From Spongospora subterranea f. sp. subterranea (taxonomy: Eukaryota), in NCBI GenBank assembly GCA_049724395.1, contig JAUGWO010000137.1, positions 1 to 59,124 of the forward strand: a stretch of 59,124 nucleotides of DNA, read 5' to 3'. Below the pieces are notes generated by a model. The model saw only the letters and a program-made list of their open reading frames with translations, searched no databases and was not told the DNA's origin. The position numbers and the translations under genes were made by a program. Shown here piece by piece: positions 24,563-38,390 of this stretch (the stretch's first letter is position 1; every line of letters begins with the position of its first letter).

Positions 24563-27135
24563 CCTCAGACACGCTCAAATGTGTGTGGTTGTTGGCGCGG
24601 ATTGAATCGCCCGCCCAATTGGTCCAACGCCAGTGTGCGATCCTCGTTACAGGTCACCAATATTGAATTATCATTATGAGTCAGGCTGTAACAGTTACAG
24701 ACACGGGTGGTGTATCGGCCGATCCTACGACTGCTGCAATTTTTACTGGCCAACGGGGGGCTTCGGATCCTACGACTGCAGCAATTTCCACTGGCCATGG
24801 ATGATTATTTTGAGGCATGGTCGGATTGGATGTGCAAGATGGATCGGGTCTTTTCATCGTCATTTGTCGCCACGAAGTGATCGTGACCGGTGCCGCAATC
24901 GTTCTCCTACACCATTTCTTCGACGCCGCTCAGGTTCTGTAAGAACAGTAGCTGCGGAATCCGAAGTGATAACTCAGTGATCAGCTTTGAATTCCCAAAC
25001 GTGTGTCGAGGGATCTCGCAGTGCAGTTTCTGGGTATAAAAAGGAGAAAAACTGTGCTTAAGTCAGCAACAGGATGGCCGGGATCAGTTCAATCTTATGA
25101 CTTGCATTCGTAAATGTGTGTTTACTTGTTCAAATATTCTCGCCGATACAAATCAATTCGGCCAGCTCAACAACTGGGTTCGAGCATTGCCGCGCAGAAT
25201 GCCGTTGTTGTGGCGAAAACGTTCATACATTGTGATTCGTGCTGCCGAAAACGACGCTCGCTTATAAAATAAAACGTTCATTGACTTGAGCGGTGAGATG
25301 GTCAAATTTCCCCTCAGCGCACCATCATAAACGTTCATACATTGTGATTCGTGCTGCCGAAAACGACGCTCGCTTATAAAATAAAACGTTCATTGACTTG
25401 AGCGGTGAGATGGTCAAATTTCCCCTCAGCCCACCATCATTCAACTACAGCACGTGGTCGTCAGCCTAGTGCAGCAATGCAGGCTGTAATGAAGCAGTCA
25501 GCTGGAAATTGTCCCAGACTGCAGTCTTGACCTTATAGCGCCATTGGTGGGAAGGCAATTGATGATCCCGATTCACAGATAAAAATGAGCTGGACATTTG
25601 AAAACCGCCAGAGTATCTGGTGTCATCCAACTGGATTTGGAATGGTCAAACCAGAAGCAGATTCAGAAATTTCCACCATTGCCATTGATTGTACACGTTG
25701 TCGTTAACCGTTGTTTGAGGCGCCTCCTTTTTCATCAAAATATGTCTGCTGTCTTTTGCGGAAGTAGATTTTGAATTCGTTTCGAGCAAAGGTCAATCGG
25801 ACAGGTCCAGCAGGTTCCAAGATACGCCAACGTCTTTGGATGTCAAGACGACCACCGTTTTCGTGCTCGCGTCGGGTGGGTACCGATGAAAATTCATTAA
25901 ATTAGTGGTCGTTCCATGGCTTTGAACCAGGTTCCTCGTTGTCGCGAAGCAGAACCAGAAAACTGATAATCGAACAAGGTAAGTCTTGGCAAAGTTTGCC
26001 ATCAATGTTAAACATTTCAGAAACCCATGTTTTTGTTTTCTCTGCTTTGAGACCACGGTTAACGACACGTTTTAGGAAGGTAATTGATTCTCCCCTCTCA
26101 ACTGGATCGCAACGTGCACCAGACCGGGTATCTCACATGCAGTTTCCTGACTCTGTCGGTTTCACTGAATGCGGCCAATGGGATCACGATCGCCATCAGC
26201 CATGGGATCGCCATCTTCGTCATCGCCAGACACGCCCAAATGTGTGTGGTTGTTGGTGCGGATTGAATCGCCCGCCCAATTGGTCAAACGCCAGTGTGCG
26301 ATCGTCGTTACAGGTCACCAATATTCAGGCAGTAACAGTTACAGACACGGCTGGTATATATTGGCCGCTCCTACGACTGCTGCAATTTCCACTGGCCATC
26401 GCTGGGCTTCAGATCCTCATTTTGGGCTGTCTGGCGATGGATGGCGATAGATGGCTATTTTGAGGCATGGGGGGATAGGATGTGCAAGATGGAGCGGGTC
26501 TTTTCATCGTCATTTTGTCGCCACGAAATAAAGTTTCGTGAAGTAAACGCGATATTGTGACCGCAATCGTTCTCCTACACCATTTCTTCGACGCCGCTCA
26601 GGTTCTGTAAGAATCGTGATGATTCTAGCTGCGGAATCCGAATTGATAATTCGGTGATCGGCTTTGAATTCCCAAACGTGTGTCGAGGGATCTCGCCGTG
26701 CAGTTTCTGGGAAAAAACAAGAGGAGAAAAACTGTGTTTGAGTCAGCGACAGGAAGGTCGGGTTCAGTTTGATCTTATGACTTGAATTCGTAATATTTTT
26801 TTCAGTTCAACAACTGGGGTTCGAGAATTGCCGCGCAGGATGCCGTTGCTGTAGCGAAAAACGTTCATATTGCGATTCATTCAGCCGAAAACGAGGCTCG
26901 CTTGATCCATATGAAACGAGGGCCGTCGAACCTTCTCACCATCATGCTCGTCAGCTTAATATAATAAAACATTCATTGACGTGAACGGTGAGATAGTCAA
27001 TTTTCCCCTCAGCACAACATCATTCAACTACAGCACGTGGCTCGTCAGATCGAGTGCAGTATATCAAAGCTGTAATGAAACAGTACAGCTGGAAATTGTC
27101 CCAGACTGCCGTCTTGACCTTGAATATAGCGCCAT
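24510..27135. repeat. ~1-kb direct segmental duplication (24510-25545 vs 26170-27135) covering the signal-peptide coding region and upstream region of the LPMO-like gene
   Basis: gcggccaatgggatca...cagacacgc.caaatgtgtgtggttg... through ...cccagactgc.gtcttgacctt shared. The first copy also has an internal ~112-bp tandem duplication (~25217-25440). Confidence 0.9.
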
Positions 27136-27805
27136 GGCGTCGGATTACGAATTACTGGTGCAACTTTCTGTCTCGGTATATTTTCCTGTCACTTTTGGTT
27201 GTCGATTGTCATGCCCGGCAGAGTGAAACAGTTGTAGGATCGCGGGGAAGTAAATCAGACATACGCGAAGGGAGTTGCAGGCAAACGATTAGTTTTTTAT
27301 GTAAACGAGACTGTCTTCTGAACTGTGATGCAGAACGCGAGCATCCTTTAATTGCTCATGAATTTGAAATCGCTAAATCAATTCGACAAGCCCTGCAGTT
27401 TTCCGCCTAAATTCTGAGGAGTTTATCTGTTTGATCATACTTTCAATCCCCGTGAACCAGCGACCCCGTTTTGAACTACATCTTGTTGGGAAAACACAAT
27501 ATGGTGTTCACTTTTTTCAAGTTTCCGTTGGCAGAAACCATGCCAAGCGAGGTAACGATGGACATGTTGAATTGGTAACAATGATGCATTGCCGCCCCAT
27601 ACTCAGGATGACAACAGGTTTACTGGGCTGAGGCAGAAGGGACCGTACTGATGACGATACAGAAGCTGTAGCGGAGCCTCTTTTATCGCTGTACTGGTAA
27701 CAAATCTGAGGTTTGTGCTGCAGAGTGCAATGGCATTGATTGGATACTGATTAAAGCGAATGGTCAAGCTGTTTGAGCTTTGACCAACGAGGAGACGACA
27801 TCAGC

Positions 27806-30800
27806 ATGGCCGCAGCCGCGCGCGAACCGCCCGCGGAACACAATCACATGATGAAAATTGAGCCAGAAGAATTGCTTTTTACGAGTGTCCGACTGAATCA
27901 GGTCCAGTAAACTATGAATACATATGGCGGATTAGTTCAATCAGTGCTGTGCAGGTCTATACCCAGTGTGTCAGAATCACAAATCCTATGCCTTGGGCTG
28001 TGGATATTGAGATTTCACCAGGTAGCGACCGGTTCGCAGTGCGAGCCCTCGCATGTGCAATTGCCAGCTTCCGGGCAAGCGTTGATCGAGGTACGACTAC
28101 ATCTGCGAAAACCCATCCCGAAGCCTCGAAAAGCCAAGGAAGTTGCTTATGATTGTGATCACATGCACCGCGATGTGAGATTCTTCAAAATATTTCGTTT
28201 GTACGTTCATTGAGTCTCCTTGTCCAGATTTTTCATGTGCGCTCTTCATTTTTTCAACAAAAATTCTTTGCGCTAATTTCGCTTTGGGGTTCGACGGTTA
28301 TCGTTCCGCATCGTCTTGACCAAGTTATGGAACCATCTCACAAAAATGACACGATTCCACCTGCGGATTCCAAGAAAAGCATGGAGGCTGTATCTCCAAA
28401 GACCGACAAAGTCATTCAAAATGCTGAAGTCCTTGAAGTTGAACACAAAGTAAATGCAAAAAAACTCACATTGGCATATGAAGAAGAGCTTATCCACGCT
28501 AAGAAAGAAAATGACGATTTGAGGCGGCAATTATCAAGTGCTAAAGATGAATGTGAATTTCTAACGCAAAAGGCCAACTCTTTCGACACGTTGACAAGAA
28601 CTCTGTCTTCCAAGTCACCAGCCATCGCAGCGATGGTTGATATAATTGTAGAGCGTGAGCGAGAAGACAATGAATTCAAGAACAAAAAAGTTTTGTCTAT
28701 TTTGAAGGCTAAAGATGACACCATAAGCAACCTGCAACATGTCCTAGATTGTAAACTCAAGGATTTGAATGTAAAAATTGCATCAGTCGATGATCTTCAA
28801 AATGAAAAGGCGGCTTTGCAAGCAGAATTGTTTAAAATTCGCCAACTACTTACTTCTGCAACAGAAAACATTGCTGTCAAAGAGGCAGACCTTCAGGAGC
28901 AACAGGAATTACTTCGTGCACACATGGAGGTGCTTGAATCTTGACAAACAAGTCGATAATCCCCATATTTATCTATGCTCAGGACAATTTTGAAATGAGC
29001 AAGGCCAGCGCTGAGAAAGTACAATTGCTCGAAAGAGACAATGTAGAACCAATTCTTTCCCACACTAGTTTCTCAGCTGACCTTTTCACAGGTCCAACTA
29101 TCAGCGAGTCTTAAGGCATGTCAGCATGAACTAAGGGAGCGAAGAAAGGCCAATGGCGACCCTCAGCAGTTGAAAAGCCTGATTGAACAGTTGAACAACG
29201 ACCTTACGAGAGCACAGGAAGAGCATAAAAACAAAATTGGCGAGATGCATGCTATGGTTGGGTTCGCTCACTGGACTGTTCTTCTAGCATTCTAATTCGA
29301 CATTAGGCTGATAAAAGTGCCATACAAATTGCTGAAATAGCATCTCATAAAGAGTTTATCAAAAGACTAAAAAGTGAAGCGACTACAATGAAGAAAGAAA
29401 TCGAGAACTTGAACATCGTTAATTCTGGCCTTTCTTCAGATATTGTTTCTTTACAAGCGTTAGTTTATCTATTCAGAAAAGTCAACTCTAACCCTGGTGC
29501 TCAGGAAGGTTCAAGATGCAGAAGCATCAATATTGTTCAAGGATAGCAAGATATCGGAGTTAAAAAAAATCATTGAAGACGATCGTGAAAATGTTAGCAC
29601 CTCCAATGTGGCACGGCTTCGAAGTCAACTTGCTGAATCTCTCGAGGTTAATGCGCAATTACAGGTTACAAAGCAAATCTGTATGTTTACTTCTTGTTAC
29701 TTAAAAACGGTATCTAGAGCGACATTGATAAGCTCCAATCCCTACAAAGTATCGCTCAGGCGTCATTGTTGAATCATGAGAAGAAACTGCATTGTATTTC
29801 TACCAGAGACGACAATGAGAGCGAGCATCCAACGCTGTTGGGAATTCGGAAAGCGATTTCTACTCTTTACAATCAGCTCCATGGTCACCGAGGGGAAGTT
29901 GCCGCCGCGGCTTCGCATAATCTATTAGAAATGCTTTCATCGATCAGTTTACGAGTCGCAGTTATGGAGGCAAATTTGCAGACTTCCCAAATATCGTGTA
30001 CGACATTCAAGAACCAAATGAGCTCTATCCAAATATCACATCTTCGGTACCCAGGAAGTCAGTATAAAAAATTTGTTGTTTAACATCGGTTAGGCAAATT
30101 TCACATCTAGAAGATGCGATCAGAGAAAAGACCGAGTTACTTCGAATTCATCAGGTCAAAGCTCCTTTATCCAAGGAAATTTCTAGCTTGCATTCGGACA
30201 ATGAAGATTCTGAATTAACCAAACGCTATGTGGCACTGCAAGCGCAAGTTGATCAGATTGTGGCGCAAGAATCAAAGCGCAATTCAATGCAGGAGCTGCA
30301 TGAGCAAGAAACTGAAAATGCAAGGCAATTACTGGCGCTATCAAATCGGTTGCAGCAAGAAGTCCATCGTCTGAGAGGTAGTCAATTGATTATTGAAATT
30401 TTTACTAGGAAAATGTGATGCCCATGTGTTGCAGCCATCATTTATCCAGATTTCGAAGCTCATTCTGTCAACACCTGGGAAAAAGATCTTTTAGATTCCA
30501 TGGAGCATATCAAAACCCATAGGTATGCTCTAATCAAAGAAAACGAAACGCTCCGCCTGGAACTTGAACGGAGCGGACTGAAAGTTCACCAACTGCAATG
30601 TGAGAAGCAACAGGAAATATCTGTATGTGCGGAGGCAAACAAAGTGATAATTGAACTGGAGCGACAACTGCACATTGTCAACATTAGTGAAACTCTAGTT
30701 TCCGAACCCATCGAATTTGTTTCCAGCAAACGTTGCGAATCTTGCAGCGATTTACTCGTTTCGCAAATGAATTCATTCCAAATCGAAAAGCAGTCTGATG

Positions 30801-33800
30801 GTATGGATTGTTTAACATTTCGACGCCGATTAAATCTCTATGACAGATATTGATGTAAATCAAGTAAGTACCGATTCGAAAATCGAAAATACACTGACGC
30901 GAAGAATTTTTGCGCTGGAGAGTGAACTTGACGAATGCAAATCTCACGTTGAAGTCCTGCTCAAAACAACCGAGGCACTGCAATCCGGTGAAGAAAACCG
31001 AGTAATTCGCGACAAAAACGCGTGCATCATAGCGATAGCGGCCCAATTATCAACAACAAAGGTCATTGCACTCGGAACTCACCCTTGCACAAAGTTGATT
31101 GCCTTAGACATTAGAATGCTCTGCTAACCGGCGCCTTCGTGATCTTAGCATAGATCTGTGGCGGCTACAAAAATCCGAGATGGCTTCTCAAGCCACTATT
31201 ACAAGAATGAGAGCCAAAAATTTATCATTACAAAAACTGCTTCATCAAGCAAGCTTGGACAAAAACGAACAAGTTAAACGAACGCGAAAACAAGTAAGCT
31301 GGGATAGTTTCCATATCTATCTGAGGTTAATGGCTTCCAAACAGCACTCTCAAATAGAGTTATTACGCCGCCGAACGCTTGAGATGAAAAAAATGTCCTC
31401 GCTAGTGAGTTCTATGCGTCACGAGATGAGAGAAACAGAGGAACGTTTCACTGCGGCATTGGCGAAAAAAGGCATGTTTCTCGAATTCGCGGTTTTGTGG
31501 TCCTTCTCAACGTTTGAAGGTTCCGGGCCTGACAGAATCGAAGATGTTGAATTTAGCCGATGTTTGACGTGTGACGCGGTCATCAATGACTATTCCAAAA
31601 CCATTGACACTCGAATTGATTCCATTATATCCTCAATTCAGAAGGTATAATTCTTTCTGGTTTAGTTTTTGTTGTGAATTACACCGTTTTCAGTCTTTGG
31701 ACAGCGAGAATGCTCCTCGTCTGGTCACTATAGTGGAATCGGTCCGAAAAGATGCCATACAACTTAGTCGTTTGCTTCTCGAAACAGAGCAAAACAATTG
31801 CATCGTAAAACATAAATACGTTGACCTCAAGCAAAGAAACTGGTGATAATTACGCATTGTACTTTTTTTGTTTTCTTTATATTGATTCTTGCTTAGTGCT
31901 TTAAGGGGAATATATGAAACAGTTAAAACGGAGCTGAAAATCTCCAACAAAATAATTGCCGAGCTTAGAACCGATGTATCCATGGTACCAGTAACATTGG
32001 ACTATGCTGGACCTGAGCAGGCCAACGTGGGAGGCGAAGAGTCATCCAATTGGCAAATTCCTTTGCTGAAAGCAGAAATTATCAGCGTGGCCCATCAAAG
32101 GTGCAGTCAAAATATCATCCAAAATCCGGTTTGTTTACACAATATCAGGGACCGCATCCAAAGGCAGCTGGAGTTATCTACAATCAAGTTCGCTTCTGAG
32201 GTTTGTTCTGTTAAGTCCGACCCGCATCGGGGCTAATGCTCAAATAGATTGCAACGGCAGAGCAAAATATTCGTAATTCAATTTCCCAAAAGGTGACTGC
32301 TGATCTGTCGTCTCTCGAACGCTCTGTTGAGCTTATGCTTCGGCCTGTATGTTCAAGAAGCGTTTCGCCTGCATCACTGCTGATGATGGTTAGATCGTTG
32401 ACGCCGATCCAAGCAATGCAGCAGTTGTACTTGGCAACCAAATTGTTGCTTGCAAAGCCGTTGAAATGCAGCTACTGGATCGTATAGATGTCTTGATGCG
32501 TTCGAACGAAAATTTGGTTCGAGAGTCGTTGTCATATCAGCATCTTTCCGACGTATAAGCGTGCCGCTCTCCCCGTTTTTTGGTTTGTCTAACCTGAGAA
32601 TATAGAATTTAGAATCGCAACTTCTTGAGAAAGAAGATACTGAAATCAACAATCATAATCATCTTCATGATCATTGTGTTGCGAGAATACGAGATTTGGA
32701 GGCATCCGCTGAAGCGTTGCGATCACCGCCCCCAGATTCTCACAATAGAAGAGTGCTGCAAGATATACGGTGGAACGAAGTAAAACTTTTTATATGGATA
32801 TCAGATCGTTGTCTGAACCAGGTTAGGAATTACCTCAGAAAGAAACATCGTTAACAACCGATGAAAATCTTGATCACAATGTTACGGTGGGGATGCTCTG
32901 TTCAGTTGTAACTCTGAGATGTCCTAAAACCCATTTGCTATCCAGACAAATATCAAAAAGTGGGGCTCGCCAAGTCATAAGTTGTCTCCATCACTCAAAG
33001 CATCGAAATTTGGAGACGGTGCCGATTCATTATCGCACGGTTCCAGCGTCTTTCCTAAAACGCCCGGTTTCGCGAAACCCATCCTGAAAAAGCAACATGT
33101 TCATCGATCTTCACAAGTAAAAACAAAAAGGACCTGATAATAGATTCATCTGATGATATTTTTAGACTCAAGAACGCGAAAAGCCTTTGAAGAAGTCTCA
33201 TGATGCCGAGCAATCCACTATTCCTGTTGATAGTGGGCCAGAACAGCCACATCGTAAAGTTGACGATTGCTCTCTGAAAGATGTGGCTTTCGCCAGATCT
33301 ACTTTAAGAGTGCGTTTTGGAAGCTTTGATTCCAACGGCATTCTATATTCCTTACTGCATCTTCAGAAGATGAACGGACACGTTAATGCTCTTCTCAACG
33401 CGTGCGATAACGTGGAGTTTGGTTCCACGGCGAAAGTACTCCATTTCCGCAACGAGGTGAAGACAGAGGCGTTTCAGATTGGATTGTCGTGGAGACAGAT
33501 GGAACCTACGATTTGCAATCTTTGCGATGTATTCAATAACTTTTGGAGACATTTGCAGTTAAAGTTGATGTTTCTGCTTTACAGGAGAGAACGAAACTTG
33601 CTGCTGGCGTGGAAATGGTCAGAACGCAAATGCAAGAACTACGTGTAATCATAATTGATAGTTTTCTATGGCTTCTCACCGCAGTCTAATCTAGATGATG
33701 AAATCCAAAACGTCGCCAGAGAAACAGCTAAGGTCCGAGAGTTCGAATACCGAGTGCATGCTTGATTGTTGTAACGCTGGAGTCAATGTAACCGACTTAA

Positions 33801-36330
33801 TGCAACAGAATTTCATTCAATTCACAACTCATTGTAGACGGACGCTATTCCTCCTCAATGCACGTCGGAGTGCACAATGGAGAAGCAAAAACTCGAAGAA
33901 TTCCTTGAAAAACTGCAGGTCAGGTATAGGGACTGAAATCGTGGCGAACCTCTTATGTGATTTCTCAGAAAGAAAAGAGTGCACTGGCTCTGCAAAATGA
34001 AGGAGCTTGGGAGATATGTAGTCGTCTACAGAAAAACGTCGATGAACTGGAGCGAGGCCAACAAGAAAGCAACGTTCCGCGACAACCAGTTAACTTGGTC
34101 TCTACTTCAAACAGCGAATCTCAAACGGAATCAGGAATTCAGAAAGGCAATGCGGAGAAGAAAAAACACAAAGTCCTCAAAGCCAAATACGAACTGGTTG
34201 TTGCAGAATTGCGCATAGCAAAGGAGAAGGTAATAAATGCTGATTGTAAATCATCGGTTTTTTAAGTCTGATGTCCCAGGCTTTTGAATTGGAGTCAGGA
34301 AATCAGAGCATAAAATCGGAATTCTTACGAGAACAGTCGAGGCTGTTAAAACAACAGAAGGTCGCTGCAGAAAAGGAGCGAAACGAAGCTGTCAAAAATG
34401 TTGGCTGACTTTAAACTCACCGCAAATACTGTCAGTTTACAGCTTTTCTCGCAGGCTATAACTAGTTCAAGTGAGGAAATCAATCTTCTTAAATCACACC
34501 TCTCTAGAGAAATAGCCATCCATACGCAACAATTTGAAGCTCTTTTGAACGAATTCGAGAGGTGAGAGAGATGTGTCATATTTTGATTCGACTACTTTTT
34601 CAGTTACTCATATGTGTAATGTTTGGATAAAAATAATTTAGATATCGCGATGAGCATGAGAAAGTAGTCGCCGCTTATGAAGCGGACATACTCAGCATGA
34701 AAACGTCGCAAGGTAAACCTCAAGTCAAACAGACGCTTCAGAACCCGAACGAATACTATTCTGAGAGGTATAATTTACTCCCCCAGCAGTCTTTTCTGTA
34801 TTTTTTAAACCGTTTAGTTCGCTCGAATGCGGTGATTGTGGAGCAGCCAGACATGAGCTAGAACGCGTTCGTGAGCAATTGCTAGCGTCAAAATCTTTGT
34901 GTCGGACGCTACGGCGACAAATCCGAGTCAATGATCTTCGGCAACAATCAACCCCAAGTGTACCAGTTTCAAGGTCAGTGTCTCCGAGTAGCAGCAGTCA
35001 GCGAAAGGTGATCGTGAAGAAATCATCATTTTGAAATGGAGATTGACGTTTGCTTTGTTTGTCTGTAAGATTTCCAAGTTGGAAAGCAGACTGCAGCAAT
35101 ATCGGATTCAAGTCCAGACATTGACGGACACCATCAATGTCGCTTCCTCTCAGACAGAGGTAGTAAATCTAACGCACAGAGTTGAGGAATTGGTGAAAAC
35201 AATTGAAATGAAAGAAAAAAAGGCAAGATGTTTTGAGAACCGTGTGCGAAAAATGTTTGAACTCTGGCATAGTTGAAAGAGAGCTCACAATTCATCATCA
35301 ACAGGGATCGGATAATCGCAGATCTTCGACAAAGGCTGCAACGGCTTACCGAGGCCAAGAACGATGTTAAGGAAGCTAGCAGTAGCGTTCACGAGAAAAT
35401 GCATTCGCTGGCCGGAGATTTATCCCGAAAGACGGCTTTGCTCAAAGACGCAACGTCGAAAGTAAGTCTGGGAACTCCTCACGAATCCAAATTCGGAGTC
35501 AACTTCAATTCCTAGATCGACGAATTACAATCGCAAATAGCGGATCAAACGCAGCTTCGCGAAGCTCTCCGTCGAACTAAAAATATGTTGCAAAGGAAGG
35601 AAACCAGCTTGAACACGCTTCAACAACAGTTGGAAACCATTAAACAATCTAACCAAGAACTGGAGGAGTCCATCAAATTAACCACTTCACAGTTGGAAGA
35701 GTTGAAAAAGGATAATCAACGCCTGAAAAAGGTGTGTATCTGTAGTTATAGTCGAATATTTGTCGAACACACTTGTTTAGACTGTTGCCGTATCTTCCAA
35801 ACGTAGTGAGCGACTACAGAGCATCATTGCAAGATTCTCGTCGGAGCTAGCCGGCGCTAGCGAACGGGTCGCAGCGCAGGTTGGGTCCGAGAACATGCGA
35901 GCGCCTACGACCTCACGAGACAATGCATCTTTGGATCCCTTATCTTTATCTCAAGCAGTGAGCACCCAAATCGATTTTCAGTTTTCAGTTGTTTCTGATT
36001 CGTGCTAATAAGCTTCCCGAGTTTTCAACGATGGAACTCGAAGATTTGCTCAGCGTTTCTGTTTCCGTTTCTCCAGCTCGATCCGTTTCCGACTGCAAAT
36101 CAGATTGTGCCCGAATCAAGCCGTTGTACGTCATCAACGCTGACTGATTAGCCATGTGTCTGAAGTCCCTGTTTTTCAGACTGAACGATTTATCTGATCC
36201 TTCGGTTATCGTTGAAGGTCTAATGGTCCAGGTAGCACATCGAGTTTCACTAGAACGAGAGCTGTTTCATCTCCTGTCCAAGAATCATATCGGCGTTGAT
36301 GATGCTTTACCTAATATAATAGCTTCATAG
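27806..36330 (+). CDS. Large multi-exon coiled-coil protein, centlein-like, with an N-terminal Ig-like (ASH/MSP-type) segment
   Basis: Exon 1 MAAAAREPP...KIEPEELLFTSVRLNQ|VYTQCVRITNP. SPAIAAMVDIIVERERE..EFKNKKVLSILKAKDDTI resembles the centlein N-terminal motif. Many short introns with heptad-rich exons; last exon ends ...DALPNIIAS* at 36330. Internal exon boundaries not all resolved. Confidence 0.7.
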
Positions 36331-37698
36331 ATTTGCACTGGCACTGATTGGCCTTGTTCGTGAAGCAATACTGGCAACAATCTCTCGGCTGCTCTTGGCT
36401 CACGATGTTAAACGCCATGCGGAGTCATAGAGCGAATTACGAATGGAAATCCTTGGGTTTGTTCACAGCAGTTGATTTGTGAGCACGGGTCGCTCATCGA
36501 CAACAGATCCAATCACTCGGTAAGTAGCAGTTCTATCATAGACGTTTAGATGATACAGTACCATTTGCATGCAACCTGGATCAGATAACTCAGCAATGGG
36601 CATGCGGCGGATCCCTGCTCGGTGAGTTCAGAAATCAGCAAACTGCCGATAATCACATCCAAGCCCGAACTTTGAGCATTCACATCTCAGGTGTACCATT
36701 TTCGAAACAAATTCACATTGCTGATATTGTTCCTCACGCATGAACTAAATGGAAACCCTAACCAAGTGCCACTTGAACACGAACGATTGATTCCGATTTG
36801 TGATTGCATTTGTCTTCACTGCTTGTTCCGCTGGCGTATTATCCTTTAGCACAGTCGATGAGTGCCTCAACCGACATCTAACACGGTCCAACAGTGCACG
36901 GATCCATGCGACGCCACGTGCCACTTCGCTAACAGCCGCATACTCTGCATGACATGATTACTTACCGATCATTCCTTGTTATCGCGCCCCTCATAATCAC
37001 GACAAACCCGGTGATCGATTTGGACGAGTTTTCCTCAGGACATCCGAATCCACCGCCATTCGCGGTTGACAAAATTCTTGGCGGTAGGTTCGAATTTCGC
37101 AATGGAATCACATCCACATCGATCACTGGTTTATCGTGTTTATGAGGGACGCGATTGTCTGCTGGCGATTCAAGCAGCAAGGAATGGCCGCTACGTCATC
37201 AAGCCATGTTCTGCTAGGGAATTGGCACGTGAAGCCGCATGGAATTCCGTATGCTGTCGCCACAATACGCTCTAGACGTGATACAATCCCCCACTTCCCA
37301 GCGAATCTGACCCGTTTCCCCTCAAGCAACAGTCTGATCTGGCCGTCGTGTTTACACAGATACAAAAAGATCGGGCAGCCCGCCAGCGCACGTCCGTCGG
37401 CCTGGGGCGAAAAATAGACTGCGAGCCAGTGCGCTCCTGGCCTCGCACCCAGTCACAGACCCATTCTCGCCCTGTCCTGAGTGTGACTTACTCAGGTGGT
37501 GTAGCGAATACCAACGGGCACTCACTCACTGGCACCGACTGACAGACAGACCCGACGAAGCGACTGGAACCCCCTGGGCTGTCTAAAGATACACTGTCTC
37601 GTCAGCCGAATCACCCACCCCGGGTTGGGCCGATTGCCACTGGGTTTCACCACACGAAACTGTTCGTTGCTCGCGATCCCAAGGACAACGAACGCGAT

Positions 37699-38390
37699 AT
37701 GACCGTCTACACCAAGGAACAGCTGTCGGAAATGCCCCGGCGCGATCTCCAGGCGCTGGCCAAAAAGTACGATGTTCGCGCAAATGTCAAGGTCAACGAT
37801 AAACGTGTTTCTCGTTTCGGTACGCCAACACGAAAATCTGATCAATCATGGAAATAGACGTCGGAGATTGTCAACGAGCTGATGGCTGCGTTTTCGAAAG
37901 GCACCAGCCCGAAGCCGTCACCAAAGTCAGAGAAGACCAGCCCGATGTCCGGTAAAAAGCGCCAAGCTGGCGAACTGGACAGGTCGCCCAGCCCGAAACG
38001 CGCCGCCTCTAGATCTCAGAGTCCGAAACGCGCCGCCTCTAGATCTCAGAGCCCGAAACGCGCCGCTTCCAGGTCTCCATCACCCAGTCGAAAAGGTAAA
38101 TCGTGATCAGATCGGTTCCGATTAAAAAATTGTACTGAACGTCGTTCGGGAAAGTCGCCAAGACGTCGTCGTCGCCGCGGGGAAGCCCCAAGAAGCCGGC
38201 AGAATGCCCAGCCGTCCCCGCCGAGCTGCTGGACGAAATCAAGGAGACCGTCGCCAACCGTGACCCGGCCCATTCGCTGGCCGCGTCGTCCCCACCGAAA
38301 CCGGCGCCCGTCAAGGTGGCGCTGCACCAGGAACTGAAGAAAACGGTGACGAAATCCGAGCCAACGGTCGTCCCAGATCCGGAAGAATAA
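37699..38390 (+). CDS. Small basic protein: SAP/HeH-like N-terminus + SPKR repeats, 3 exons
   Basis: MTVYTKEQLSEMPRRDLQALAKKYDVRANVK|TSEIVNELM...SPKRAASR x3 (30-bp repeats)...K|VAKTSSSPRGSPKK...PDPEE*. Two GT-AG introns keep the frame. Confidence 0.75.

Noticed and set aside
36954..37420. Small secreted or fascin-like gene (LAIQAARNGRYV)
   Set aside because: Only one short motif; no consistent spliced model could be built.
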